Assembly (NCBI GenBank): GCA_963744995.1
Contig: CAVUWA010000005.1
Location: 160,001-224,000 of the forward strand
Reading direction: 5' to 3'
DNA: 64,000 bases
DNA from: Candidatus Eiseniibacteriota bacterium
GTDB lineage: Bacteria > Eisenbacteria > RBG-16-71-46
Shown: positions 27,795-39,544 of the stretch, piece by piece
How positions within the stretch are numbered: the first letter of the stretch is position 1
Layout: each line of letters starts with the position of its first letter
Notes under the pieces: generated by a model
What the model was told of the DNA's origin: nothing
The model's database searches: none
Seen by the model: the letters and a program-made list of their open reading frames with translations, nothing else
Translations under genes and position numbers: made by a program

Positions 27795-28391
27795 TCACGC
27801 GTAAGGCGAGGCGCCGCCCTTGGACGGACGGTAATAGGGATTGTGTCCGCCGGCGTGATCGGTGGAGTCGACGATCTCGCGGATCGCCGGCACGGACTCG
27901 CGGATCCGGACCTCGATACCCTGCTTGAGCGTCACGTCGACCATGCCGCAGCCCTGACAGCCGCCCCCCATCTGGATGAAGGCGGTGCCGTCACGGACGT
28001 CGAGCAGCGTGACGAAGCCGCCATGCTGTGCGACCGCCGGGTTGATCTCCTCGTCGAGGATCTTCTGCACGGCCTGCGCGTCGGCGTCCTTCCAGAGCGG
28101 GTTCGGGTTGTCGATCTTGAACCCCGAGCCCTGCGGGGAGTCGACGAAATCGATGGTCGTACCGTCGAGATTCGTGGCGCTGTCCTCGTCGACGTAGATC
28201 TCGAACCCGCCGCCGTCGATCACCTGGTCCGTGGCGGCGCGGTCGGAGGCCTCGACGAAGCGCATCGCGTAGTCGAATCCGCCGGCGCCGCGGCCGCGGA
28301 TCGCCACGCGCAGCGCGAGGCCGTCCTTCTTCTCGGCGCTGCGGAACTCCAGGATCCTGGCGCGCGCCGTGTCGGTGATGTTGAGCTGCAT
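27795..28391 (-). CDS. NfuA-like Fe-S carrier (degenerate A-type domain plus NifU C-terminal domain)
   Basis: ATG at 28391 after GAGGAG. GFKIDNPN, INPAVAQHGG, MGGGCQGCG, DSTDHAGGHNPYY. Confidence 0.88.
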   Translation of the reverse strand: MQLNITDTARARILEFRSAEKKDGLALRVAIRGRGAGGFDYAMRFVEASDRAATDQVIDGGGFEIYVDEDSATNLDGTTIDFVDSPQGSGFKIDNPNPLWKDADAQAVQKILDEEINPAVAQHGGFVTLLDVRDGTAFIQMGGGCQGCGMVDVTLKQGIEVRIRESVPAIREIVDSTDHAGGHNPYYRPSKGGASPYA

Positions 28392-28411
28392 GGTCGGCTC
28401 CTCGGGTTCGG

Positions 28412-29665
28412 TCAGAAAGGGTTTTCCGCTTCGATGTCGAATTCCAGCGATCGGTGCGCGGCGCGCAGGCCCGCCTCGACCCGTTCCGGGTCGTCCGCGC
28501 GGGCGAAGATGAAGCCCAGGTAGCGTGCACCCTCGGGCAGGGGCACCACGCGGTCGCCGGCCGGAATGGTGATGCGAACGTCCGTCACCGCATCCACCGC
28601 CCGCGCCGCCTCGAGCCCGCGCACCGCCCGCAGCGTTCCCGCGCGGGGAATCGGGATCATCATCACCCCCGCGGCCGCCGATTCGCGCGGCGGCGGCGCC
28701 CCCGCACCGAGCGCATGCGCGAGGAGCACGTCCTCGAGCGTGCGGTCCGGCGCGAAGCGCAGCGCCCGCGAGCATAGCCCGCCGATCGACCGCGGGGCAA
28801 TCTCCAGCGGCCACACGCGGCCGTCGGGCCCGATCCTGAGCTCGGCGTGGAGCGGGCCGTGGGATAGTCCGAGCGCGCCGGCCGCACGCGCCGCCATGTC
28901 GAGCGCGGCCCGCTGCACGGCCTCTGCGAGCCGCGAGGGCGTCACGTAGAGGGTCTCCTCGAAGAACGGACCTTCGAGCGGATCGGGCTTGTCGAAGAAC
29001 GCGAGCGCGTGGAACGTCCCGCGATCGGCGAGCGCCTCGATCGTGACCTCGATGCCCGGTACGTACGCCTCGATCAGCAGCAGGGGCGCCGTCCCGGGCG
29101 ACGCGCGCACGATCGCGGCGGCCCGCGCCAACGCCACCGCGAGCTGCGCGGGGTCGTCGGCGCGGATCACGCCGCGGCTCGCCGACATCGACAGGGGTTT
29201 CACGACGCACGGAAACGGCACGCGGGTGGCGAGCGCCGCCGCGTCGGCGTCGATCGACACCGTCTGGAACGCGGGAACCGGCAGTTGGGCGGCGCGGAAC
29301 GCCTCCCGCGTGCGCCGCTTGTCGAGCGCGGCCGCCACGGCCTCCGGCGGATGGTGCGCGAGGCCGAGCGCGAGCGCGGCGCGCGCCGCCGGCAACGCGC
29401 CGTCGTCGTCGACTGCGATGATCGCGGCGAGCGGGTGTGCGCGGGCGAACGCGATGATTTCGTCCACCGGCGCGGACGGCGACAGCCCGAGCGTGAGATG
29501 CCCCGCGGGGTTCAACGGCGACAGCGCCTGCGCCCGCTCGCTGCCGACGGCCACCCGCACGCCCGCGCGGTGCGCGGCGTCCATGAAGGCGCCGGCGCGG
29601 TACGTTCGTGTCGACATCAGCAGCAGCAGCGTCTCTCCGCTCGGCCGCCGTTCGGGTACGCCCAT
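28412..29665 (-). CDS. ATP-grasp domain ligase
   Basis: DKRRTRE, PCVVKPLSMSASRGVIRAD, LIEAYVPGIE, LEIAPRSIGG, YLGFIFA. Start could be 29665 or 29692. Confidence 0.85.
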   Translation of the reverse strand: MGVPERRPSGETLLLLMSTRTYRAGAFMDAAHRAGVRVAVGSERAQALSPLNPAGHLTLGLSPSAPVDEIIAFARAHPLAAIIAVDDDGALPAARAALALGLAHHPPEAVAAALDKRRTREAFRAAQLPVPAFQTVSIDADAAALATRVPFPCVVKPLSMSASRGVIRADDPAQLAVALARAAAIVRASPGTAPLLLIEAYVPGIEVTIEALADRGTFHALAFFDKPDPLEGPFFEETLYVTPSRLAEAVQRAALDMAARAAGALGLSHGPLHAELRIGPDGRVWPLEIAPRSIGGLCSRALRFAPDRTLEDVLLAHALGAGAPPPRESAAAGVMMIPIPRAGTLRAVRGLEAARAVDAVTDVRITIPAGDRVVPLPEGARYLGFIFARADDPERVEAGLRAAHRSLEFDIEAENPF

Positions 29666-29734
29666 GGACTTCCCAGACTCGATTTTGTTCACAAGATCCG
29701 CCCCGTGGTCGCGACCGTCGCACTGGAGACGCCC

Positions 29735-29925
29735 ATGCCGCCGTACTGCCCCGTTGCCGCCCCGCGGCTTGCCCGCCGTGGTTCGCTCCGGTCCTTCTCG
29801 CCGGCTTCGTGCCGGCCGCGGCGCCCGCGCTCGCCGCGGCCGCCGACAGGACGACGCAGGATACGCCCTGGAAGGTCGGCGGCGACATCGGCCCCACCGA
29901 CATGATTTCGTTCACGACCGTGGGG
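29735..29925 (+). pseudogene. Possible 5' remnant of a secreted PD40/amidohydrolase-type gene
   Basis: GGAG then ATG at 29735. In another frame, a signal-peptide-like VLLAGFVPAAAPALA is followed by TPWKVGGDIGPTDMISFTT, after which similarity is lost. Confidence 0.35.
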
Positions 29926-29958
29926 GCCGTGCCACGCCACGGCGCCTGCGCCCGCCGC

Positions 29959-30396
29959 TCAGCGCCGATAGCGCGAGACGTAGACGCCGAGACAGCGGTC
30001 CATCACGACGTCGATGCCGGCGGCGATGAGTGCATCCGCTGCCGCCTCGCTCACGATTCCGCTCTGCATCCAGACCGTACGCGGACGTCGCGCCGCGGGC
30101 AGCGCGAGGATCTCGGCCGCGTGCGCGGGCACGTGGGCCGCACGGCGGAACACGTTCACGAGATCGAACGGATCGGGAACCTCGCCGATCGTCGCGTACG
30201 CGCGCTCGCCGAGTGCGGCACGGATCGTGGGATTCACTGGAATGACGCGGATCCCGCGCGCCTGCACGACCCCGGGAATGCCGTAGGCCGGCTGGTCGGC
30301 ATGGCGCTCGTCCTTCATGCCGATCACCGCCGCGACCCGTGTTTCCTTCACGATCGCGGCGAGGTCCGCCTCCGCCTCGACCACCCGGCCGGCCAT
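29959..30396 (-). CDS. CoA-binding domain protein (YccU-like)
   Basis: VIPVNP, DLVNVFRRA, VWMQSGI, VVMDRC. Confidence 0.88.
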   Translation of the reverse strand: MAGRVVEAEADLAAIVKETRVAAVIGMKDERHADQPAYGIPGVVQARGIRVIPVNPTIRAALGERAYATIGEVPDPFDLVNVFRRAAHVPAHAAEILALPAARRPRTVWMQSGIVSEAAADALIAAGIDVVMDRCLGVYVSRYRR

Positions 30397-30400
30397 CGCT

Positions 30401-31375
30401 TCAGCGCGCCTCCAGCATCGTTTCCGCGAACGGCCAGGCCTCGTCGCGCCACTGCGCGAGCGCGCGGAACCCCGCGGCCTCGCCCATCGCCTCGGGCTCC
30501 TCGGGCAGGAACTTGTGCGAGCTCTCGGTCCACAGGGTCTCCCCCGCGGCGAACCGCACCTCGAGGTCCGCCCCCGGGATTCGCACGCGCTGCGCGACCG
30601 TCGAGCAGAGGTGCATCTCGACGCGCCGCTCCGCGGCGTTCCAGCGCGCCTCGTGCGTGAACCGCGCGAGATCGAAATCCGCGCCCAGTTCGCGGTTCAG
30701 GCGCGAGAGCAGATTCCGGTCGAAGGCCGCGGTGACCCCGGCAGGATCGTCATAGGCGGCCCGCAGCTGCGACTCGGGCTTCACGAGATCGGTGCCGAGC
30801 AGCAGCCGGTCCCCCGGCCGGAGCAGGGCACGCACGTCGGCGAGGAACGCCACGGCCTCCGTGCGGCCGAAGTTGCCGATCGTGCTGCCGACGAACAGCG
30901 TCAGCAGGCGCGCCCCGTGCGGGCGCCGCGCCGCCACCCGGCCGAGGCCTTCCAGGTACTCGGCCACGATGCCGTGGAAGTGGAGCCCCGGGATCCGGCC
31001 GATCTCGACGCGGCAGTAGGTGATCGCCTGACGCGAGATGTCGATCGGGCAGTACGTCGTCTCGTCCGTATCGGCCAGCGCCTGCAGCAGGTGGCGAACC
31101 TTGCGCCCGCTGCCGCTGCCGAGCTCGGCGACCAGCACCGGCCCTTCCGCGGCGTGCGCGATCGCCGCGGCGTTCGCGCTGAGGATGCGCTCGTCCGCAC
31201 GGGTCAGGCCGTAGGCATCCAGGAACGTGATCGCCTCGAACAGCGCCGAGCCGACCTCGTCGTAGAGGTATTTGGAGGGCAGCGACTTCTGCCCGCCGGC
31301 GCAGAGTCCCGCACGCACGTCCTCCACGAGGCCGGGCGTGACGGGGGCGGCCATGATCTCCTTCGTAACCGTCAC
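30401..31375 (-). CDS. egtD: L-histidine N-alpha-methyltransferase (EgtD family)
   Basis: GTG overlaps the upstream stop. KSLPSKYLYDEVGSALFEAIT, ELGSGSG, GSTIGNF, AYDDPAGVTAAF, TESSHKF. Confidence 0.88.
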   Translation of the reverse strand: MTVTKEIMAAPVTPGLVEDVRAGLCAGGQKSLPSKYLYDEVGSALFEAITFLDAYGLTRADERILSANAAAIAHAAEGPVLVAELGSGSGRKVRHLLQALADTDETTYCPIDISRQAITYCRVEIGRIPGLHFHGIVAEYLEGLGRVAARRPHGARLLTLFVGSTIGNFGRTEAVAFLADVRALLRPGDRLLLGTDLVKPESQLRAAYDDPAGVTAAFDRNLLSRLNRELGADFDLARFTHEARWNAAERRVEMHLCSTVAQRVRIPGADLEVRFAAGETLWTESSHKFLPEEPEAMGEAAGFRALAQWRDEAWPFAETMLEAR

Positions 31376-32688
31376 GAAGTCGCCAGCCGGAACTTGGCGT
31401 ACATGTACGGATAGCGGCCCTGGAACCAGTTGCGGAACGAACGTCGGAGCATGCACGCCGCCGTACGCGCCGAGCCGCCCTTCATGACGAAGTGGTGCCC
31501 GTCGAAGAAGTTCGCCGAGTAGCCGGGATAGAACGATTTCGCTTCGAAGCCCGCGAACGGCGCGAACTCGGTGGAGGTCCACTCGTAGCCGTTACCGACC
31601 AGATCGTGCACGCCGAACGCGCTCGCGCCGTCGGGGTACGATCCCACGGGCGCCGGATCCCAGCGATGGAAATCGAAGTTGCCGTGCCGCGCCTCGGGCG
31701 GAGTCTCGCCCCACGGGTACTCGCGTTCGTCCCCTTCGGGGGTTCCGTACGCGGCGCGGTGGAACTCGGGCTCCGTCGGCAGCCGCCGCCCGGCCCAGCG
31801 TGCGTAGGCCCTGGCCTCGGCCAGGCTCACGTACACGGGCCAGCTGTGCGGCAACAGCATCTCGCTGAACATGCCGCGCTGATACCAGCCGTTGTCGCGA
31901 CGGACCCAGAACCCCGGATGCAGGAGTCCGGAATCTTCACGCCATGCCCAGTCGGCATCGCTCCAGAAGCGCCGCTTCGCATAGCCGCCGTCCTTCAGGA
32001 ACTCGAGGAACTGGCCGTTGGTCACGCTGTGGCGGTCGAGCTCGAATGCCTTCACGTCCACCGTGTGTTCTTCGAACTCGTTGTCCCAGCCGTAGCCCTG
32101 CACGCGGCGGCGGCCGAGCGTCGCGCGCCCCGCCGGAATCCGCACGCGCTCCATCCGGAGCGCGGTCTCGGGCATGGACGTCTGCGGCCGCGCGCGCTTG
32201 AGATGCGTGGGCAGCTGGTGGAACAGATAGGCCAGCGTCTCGGCGTGCTCCAGGCGATGCTCGAGCCCGGTATGGAACACGTCGTGGGCGAGTTGCGGAT
32301 CATCGATCGCACCGCCGTCGAGGATCGCGTCCACCTCGCGCCGCGCGCGGTCGCGATACGCCAGGACGTCGGCGAGTGCGGGCCAGTCGCTGGCGGGCTC
32401 GTTCGGCAGGCCCCCGTCGATCGGGTCGATGCCGAAGGCGAACAGCCGGTCGAACGCGTCGTTGAAAGCGGGACGGCCGAAGCCGTTACGCAGGATGATG
32501 TTGACGTCGAACGCCTCGACGTGGCCGAGGTAGAAGATCAGACGGTGGCGTTCGGGAATCGGGCGTTCGTGGATCGCGCCGGGCACCAGCACCTCGTGGA
32601 ACATCTCATCGGTGCGGTGGCGCGCCTCCGCGAGTCGCGATTTCACGTCTTCGCGATCGAAGACGACCGGGGGCATGGTCGTGCTCAT
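31372..32688 (-). CDS. egtB: EgtB/OvoA-family non-heme iron sulfoxide synthase (DinB_2 plus FGE-sulfatase domains)
   Basis: ATG at 32688 after GGGAGGA. RHRLIFYLGH, EHRLEHAET (HxxxH), GWDNE, RLPTEPE, GNGYEWT, KGGS...RRSFRNWF. Confidence 0.8.
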   Translation of the reverse strand: MSTTMPPVVFDREDVKSRLAEARHRTDEMFHEVLVPGAIHERPIPERHRLIFYLGHVEAFDVNIILRNGFGRPAFNDAFDRLFAFGIDPIDGGLPNEPASDWPALADVLAYRDRARREVDAILDGGAIDDPQLAHDVFHTGLEHRLEHAETLAYLFHQLPTHLKRARPQTSMPETALRMERVRIPAGRATLGRRRVQGYGWDNEFEEHTVDVKAFELDRHSVTNGQFLEFLKDGGYAKRRFWSDADWAWREDSGLLHPGFWVRRDNGWYQRGMFSEMLLPHSWPVYVSLAEARAYARWAGRRLPTEPEFHRAAYGTPEGDEREYPWGETPPEARHGNFDFHRWDPAPVGSYPDGASAFGVHDLVGNGYEWTSTEFAPFAGFEAKSFYPGYSANFFDGHHFVMKGGSARTAACMLRRSFRNWFQGRYPYMYAKFRLATS

Positions 32689-32909
32689 GCGCAGGTCCTC
32701 CCTGGAACCGGCGGAGCCTCTCCTCCGCCGTGGGTGCAGCGGGCGGTGCGCGGTGGGCGGCGTCCGGCAGTGCGGCCGAAGGACCGCACGGACGAACCTC
32801 CCCTCCGGCACTTCGAGCGATCACCATAACAGACTCGACGAGGCGGAGTACGCCGGTGCGAAACGGCGCGCAAGTGGCGGGCGACAACGCCCTGCCGACC
32901 GCAGAGCTC

Positions 32910-35399
<2,490 letters not shown>

Positions 35400-35502
35400 C
35401 GCGAAGCATTGTGCCGCTTCGGGTGCGCGTGTGTCCACTGCGCGCGGCCGTTGCGCACACTCCGTCACGTCATCGCGGAATCCATACGCCGCAGCGCAGC
35501 AT

Positions 35503-36327
35503 TCAGCCGAGCCGCGCGACGAGCACCGGAACCAGCAGCACGAGCAGCGTCCACTCGGCGTGGCGATAGCGGTCGAACGGCACGAGGCTGTCTGCGAAGC
35601 GCGTCATCAGATAGGGCATGGCGGCGGCCACGGCCAGCGCGAGAAACGACGGCCTGAGCGCCGCGCCCGCGCTCGCCGACGCCACGAGCGCCGCCAGCAC
35701 CGTGCACGCGGCGGTGCCCGCGATCACCCGAGCGAGCCGCGCGTGCCCCCAGTCGCGGGCGATCGAAGGGCTGCCGTCGGCCTGGTCCATGGCGGCCTCG
35801 AACCATGCGTAGGCCATCAGATAGCCGAGCGCGACCGCCGCGTGCAGTGCCAGCGCCGCCCAGACCCAGGGGCCGTGCTGCGGGGCCAGCGCCAGCGGGC
35901 CGATCCAGAGTCCGGCGACGTAGATCGCCGCCACCGGCACCGGCGCCGGCAGCCAGACGGGGAACCGCGTGCGCACGGCCCCGAGGTAGAGCACCACGGC
36001 CGCGGCCAGTGCGGCCCCCCACCGGACCACCGGGCCCGGCAGTGCCAGCGCTCGCCACAACGCGAGCCCGCCGGCCAGCCCCACGGCGATCGACAGCGAG
36101 GTCGCGTGGCGGGCATGGAAGGCGTGGCGGTCGTTCGAGGCGTTCGGACCCACGCGCCGCGCGTCGACCAGGTGATCCAGCGTGTACACCGCCCAGATCG
36201 CAACGGGCAGCACCTGCCAGAATGCCGCCGGCATGCGTACGCCGGTCACGTGCGCGGCGAACGCCGCGCCGCCGACGCCGACCGCGACGATGTCGAGGCT
36301 CAGCGCGCGGATCACACGGATCAGCAC
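35503..36327 (-). CDS. Polytopic membrane protein, possibly UbiA prenyltransferase-like
   Basis: About 8 TM helices; VYTLDHLVD and EAAMDQADG acidic motifs. Confidence 0.55.
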   Translation of the reverse strand: MLIRVIRALSLDIVAVGVGGAAFAAHVTGVRMPAAFWQVLPVAIWAVYTLDHLVDARRVGPNASNDRHAFHARHATSLSIAVGLAGGLALWRALALPGPVVRWGAALAAAVVLYLGAVRTRFPVWLPAPVPVAAIYVAGLWIGPLALAPQHGPWVWAALALHAAVALGYLMAYAWFEAAMDQADGSPSIARDWGHARLARVIAGTAACTVLAALVASASAGAALRPSFLALAVAAAMPYLMTRFADSLVPFDRYRHAEWTLLVLLVPVLVARLG

Positions 36328-36483
36328 GGCTCGACCTCAAGGCGAATCGAAGCGGGCGGCGGCATGACGCCCAAGGGTAGCGTGTTTCGCGCTGCGCCGT
36401 GCCGGCGCACCGCGGGGCAGGCGCCCTCGCCCCGACGGCCCGGCCGCCTGCGCGGCGGGACTTGCGGTCCGGGCTGCGGGGGG

Positions 36484-37485
36484 TCAGGCCAGCGCGGCCT
36501 GCGCGCGGCGCCCGGCCCGACGCATGCGCCGCGCCGGCGGCGCGCCCGCCCTGCGCGCGGCGCCCGCCAGCTCCGCCATCAGCGCCTTCTGCAGGTGGAG
36601 CCGGTTCTCCGCTTCTTCGAGCACCACGCTCTGCGGGCCGTCGATGACCTCGTCGGTCACCTCCTCGCCGCGGTGCGCGGGCAGGCAGTGCATGAACAGC
36701 GCGTCGGGGGCGGCCAGCGACATCAGCTTCCGATCCACGCGATAGCCGGCGAACACCACGCGGCGCCAGTGCGATTCGGCCTCCTGCCCCATGCTGGTCC
36801 AGGTGTCGGTGTAGACCACGTCGGTGCCGCGCACCGCCTCCGCCGGATCGCGGAAGCGCTGCACGCGCCCGTCCGAGCGCCGCTCGGCCTCGAGGAACAG
36901 TCCCGCGTCGGGCTCGAAGCCGTCGGGCACCGCGAGCCGCAGGCGAAAGCCGAAGATCATCGCCGCCTCGAGCCACGAGTGCAGCACGTTGTTGCCGTCG
37001 CCGACCCAGGTGACCGTCATGTCGTCGAGTGCGCGGCCCGCACGGCGCAGCGTATAGAGGTCGGCGAGGATCTGGCACGGGTGCGAGAAGTCGGTGAGCG
37101 CATTGATCACCGGCACGCTCGCGTGCTCGGCGAGCTGCCGCACGAGACGGTGGGCGAAGGTGCGGATCACGATCAGATCGCACATGCCGGACAGCACCTG
37201 GGCGACATCCGGGATGCTCTCGCGACCGTGCTCGCTGACCTCCGCGGCGCCGAGGTCCACGGCGTCGCCGCCGAGCTCGTGCATGCCGACGGTGAACGAC
37301 ACCCGCGTCCTCAAGGACGGCTTGTGGAACACGAGCGCCGCCGTCTTGCCGGCGAGCGGTTGGGGCGCGGCCCGGGAGCCGCGCTTTTCGCGCAGTGCGT
37401 CGGCCCGGTCGAACAGATTCGTCACCCACCCGGCATCGAGCCCGGCGAGGTCGATCAGGTGCTTCGGCGTTCCGTTCACGTTCAT
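36484..37485 (-). CDS. argF: Ornithine carbamoyltransferase
   Basis: KPSLRTRVSF, HPCQILAD, GDGNNV, DTWTSMG, HCLP, AENRLH. Confidence 0.92.
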   Translation of the reverse strand: MNVNGTPKHLIDLAGLDAGWVTNLFDRADALREKRGSRAAPQPLAGKTAALVFHKPSLRTRVSFTVGMHELGGDAVDLGAAEVSEHGRESIPDVAQVLSGMCDLIVIRTFAHRLVRQLAEHASVPVINALTDFSHPCQILADLYTLRRAGRALDDMTVTWVGDGNNVLHSWLEAAMIFGFRLRLAVPDGFEPDAGLFLEAERRSDGRVQRFRDPAEAVRGTDVVYTDTWTSMGQEAESHWRRVVFAGYRVDRKLMSLAAPDALFMHCLPAHRGEEVTDEVIDGPQSVVLEEAENRLHLQKALMAELAGAARRAGAPPARRMRRAGRRAQAALA

Positions 37486-37495
37486 CCTGGCGTTC

Positions 37496-39544
37496 CTACG
37501 ACACCACCGGCAGCCCGTTCGGCTCCGGCGGCGCTCCCTGGGGAATCGGCACTATCCACGTCCGTGCGGCCTGCTCCGCCGCAGTCCTGGAGGCGCCGGG
37601 CATGAGATCCATCACGACGGCCACTTCGTCGCACGCGTGCCGGCGCGGACAGCGCACGCAGTCGGTCCACACCTTGCGCGGCAGCGCGTCACGGGTTTCG
37701 GTACGGAACCCGCAGCGCTCGAAGAACGCGACCTCGCGGGTGAGCGCGATCACCCGCGGAATCGTAAGCTGCCGCGCCTCGGCGACCACGCGACCGACCA
37801 GCGCGGCACCGAGCCCGCGGCCATGGTAGTCGGGCCTGACGGCGAGCGAGCGCACCTCGCCGAGATCGGACCACAGCAGGCGCAGCGCAGCGCACGCGAC
37901 GACCTCGCCGTCCCGCTCGGCCACCTGGAACTCGCGGATACAGTGGTAGAGCTCGCTCACCGGCCGCGGCAGCAGCGTGCCCTGCAGCACGTAGTCCGCC
38001 ATCACCCCGGCGATGCCGGGCACGTCGTCGATGCGCGCGGCCCGGAGCACGATCCCGTCGCTCATGCGCTGCACCGCGCGAGCCGCGGGCGGCGCCTCGG
38101 CGCGGCGCGCCGGTTCGGCCGGCGCGGTGCCGGCGACGGGCGGCGTGTCGTCCGCGAGCCCCGGGCCGAGGCCAAGCCGGCCTTCGGCACGCGCGAGCTG
38201 GCGCTGGACCGCCTGCGGACCGGTACCGGGCGCGTGGTCACGGCGCAGCAGCGCGCTCTCCACGCTGAGCCCGCCGACCCGCTCCGCGGTCAGGTGCGAT
38301 GAGATCGCGAGGCGCTCCGCCTCCGGAACGTCCACCGGGCGCACGCCCATCCGTTCGGCCTCGCCCCACAGCCGTCCGACCGCGGCGTGCGCTTCGCGGA
38401 ACGGCACGCCGAGATCCACCAGCGCGTCCGCGAGCTCGACCGCGAGCAGGTCGTCGGTAAGGCTCGCCGCCATGCGCGCGGGCACCGGCGTGAGCGCCTC
38501 GATCGCCGGCGCGAGCGCGCTCAGGAGCCGGTCGAGCGTATCGGCCGAGTCGAACAGCGCTTCCTTGTCCTCCTGCAGATCCTTCTGATACGAGGACGGC
38601 AGGCCCTTCATGAGCACGGCGATGCGCTGCGCGTTGGCGATCAGCCGCGCCGATTTGCCGCGCGCGAGCTCGAACACGTCCGGGTTGCGCTTCTGCGGCA
38701 GCAGGCTCGATCCGGTGCTGAACCCGTCCGGTGCGCGATACCAGCCGGTGAGCGGCGAACACCACAGCACCAGATCCTCGGCGAGGCGCGACAGGTGCAC
38801 GCCCAGCACCGCGGCCGCATTCAGATAAGCCATCACGAAGTCGCGGTCGCCGACCGCGTCCACGCTGTTCTCGGCGACGCGATGAAAGCCCAGCTCCATC
38901 GCCAGCATTGCGCGATCGACGGGCAGCGGGGTCCCGGCCACCGCGCCCGCGCCGAGCGGCATGCGGTCGGCCTCCTCGCGCGCGTCGAGGAACCGCGTCT
39001 CGTCGCGCTCGAACGCCTGGGCGTGCGCGAGCCAGAGGTGCGCCATGCTGACCGGCTGCGCCGGCTGCAGGTGCGTCTGCGCGGCGACGATCAGCGCTTC
39101 GGTCGCACGCGCCTGCCGCACGATCGCGCGCTCGAGCTCCGCGACCCGCTCCACCGCACGATCGCACAACGCCATCGCGCGCATGCGCACGAGCGTCGCG
39201 ACCTGGTCGTTACGGCTGCGCCCGGTGTGCAGGCGCAGTGCGGGATCGCCGGTGCGGCGCACGAGCTCCTGCTCGATCGCCGAGTGGACATCCTCCCCCG
39301 CGAGCGTGAGCGCACCCTTCTGCAGGTCGCGCTCGAGCGCATCGCATGCGGCGGCGAGCGCGTCCCGCGCGGCTCCGTCCATCACGCCGATCTCGGCCAG
39401 CGCCGAGGACCATGCGCGGGTGAGGGCGAGTTCCTCGGGCACGAGACGCCCGTCCACCGGGAGCGAATCGTTGAGCTTCGCGGCGCGCGGATCGAGCGGC
39501 ACCGCGATCCGGCCGCTCCAGACGGCGCCCTTCTCAGCCGGCAT
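37496..39544 (-). CDS. argH: Argininosuccinate lyase fused to a short ArgA-type N-acetyltransferase
   Basis: LHTGRSRNDQ, THLQPAQP, STGSSLLPQKRNPD, YQKDLQEDKE; after a linker, a GNAT domain (LLPRP...EVRSLAV...LPRKVWTDCVRC...CDE). Confidence 0.92.
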   Translation of the reverse strand: MPAEKGAVWSGRIAVPLDPRAAKLNDSLPVDGRLVPEELALTRAWSSALAEIGVMDGAARDALAAACDALERDLQKGALTLAGEDVHSAIEQELVRRTGDPALRLHTGRSRNDQVATLVRMRAMALCDRAVERVAELERAIVRQARATEALIVAAQTHLQPAQPVSMAHLWLAHAQAFERDETRFLDAREEADRMPLGAGAVAGTPLPVDRAMLAMELGFHRVAENSVDAVGDRDFVMAYLNAAAVLGVHLSRLAEDLVLWCSPLTGWYRAPDGFSTGSSLLPQKRNPDVFELARGKSARLIANAQRIAVLMKGLPSSYQKDLQEDKEALFDSADTLDRLLSALAPAIEALTPVPARMAASLTDDLLAVELADALVDLGVPFREAHAAVGRLWGEAERMGVRPVDVPEAERLAISSHLTAERVGGLSVESALLRRDHAPGTGPQAVQRQLARAEGRLGLGPGLADDTPPVAGTAPAEPARRAEAPPAARAVQRMSDGIVLRAARIDDVPGIAGVMADYVLQGTLLPRPVSELYHCIREFQVAERDGEVVACAALRLLWSDLGEVRSLAVRPDYHGRGLGAALVGRVVAEARQLTIPRVIALTREVAFFERCGFRTETRDALPRKVWTDCVRCPRRHACDEVAVVMDLMPGASRTAAEQAARTWIVPIPQGAPPEPNGLPVVS

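Noticed and set aside
27795..29915. 706-aa ORF suggesting a long NfuA fusion
   Set aside because: Only the last 198 aa are NfuA-like and have their own RBS; the rest overlaps the ATP-grasp gene out of frame.
36484..37485. SLRT motif suggesting an N-acetyl- or N-succinyl-ornithine carbamoyltransferase
   Set aside because: The SMG loop (WTSMG) and HCLPAHRG are typical of ordinary OTCase.
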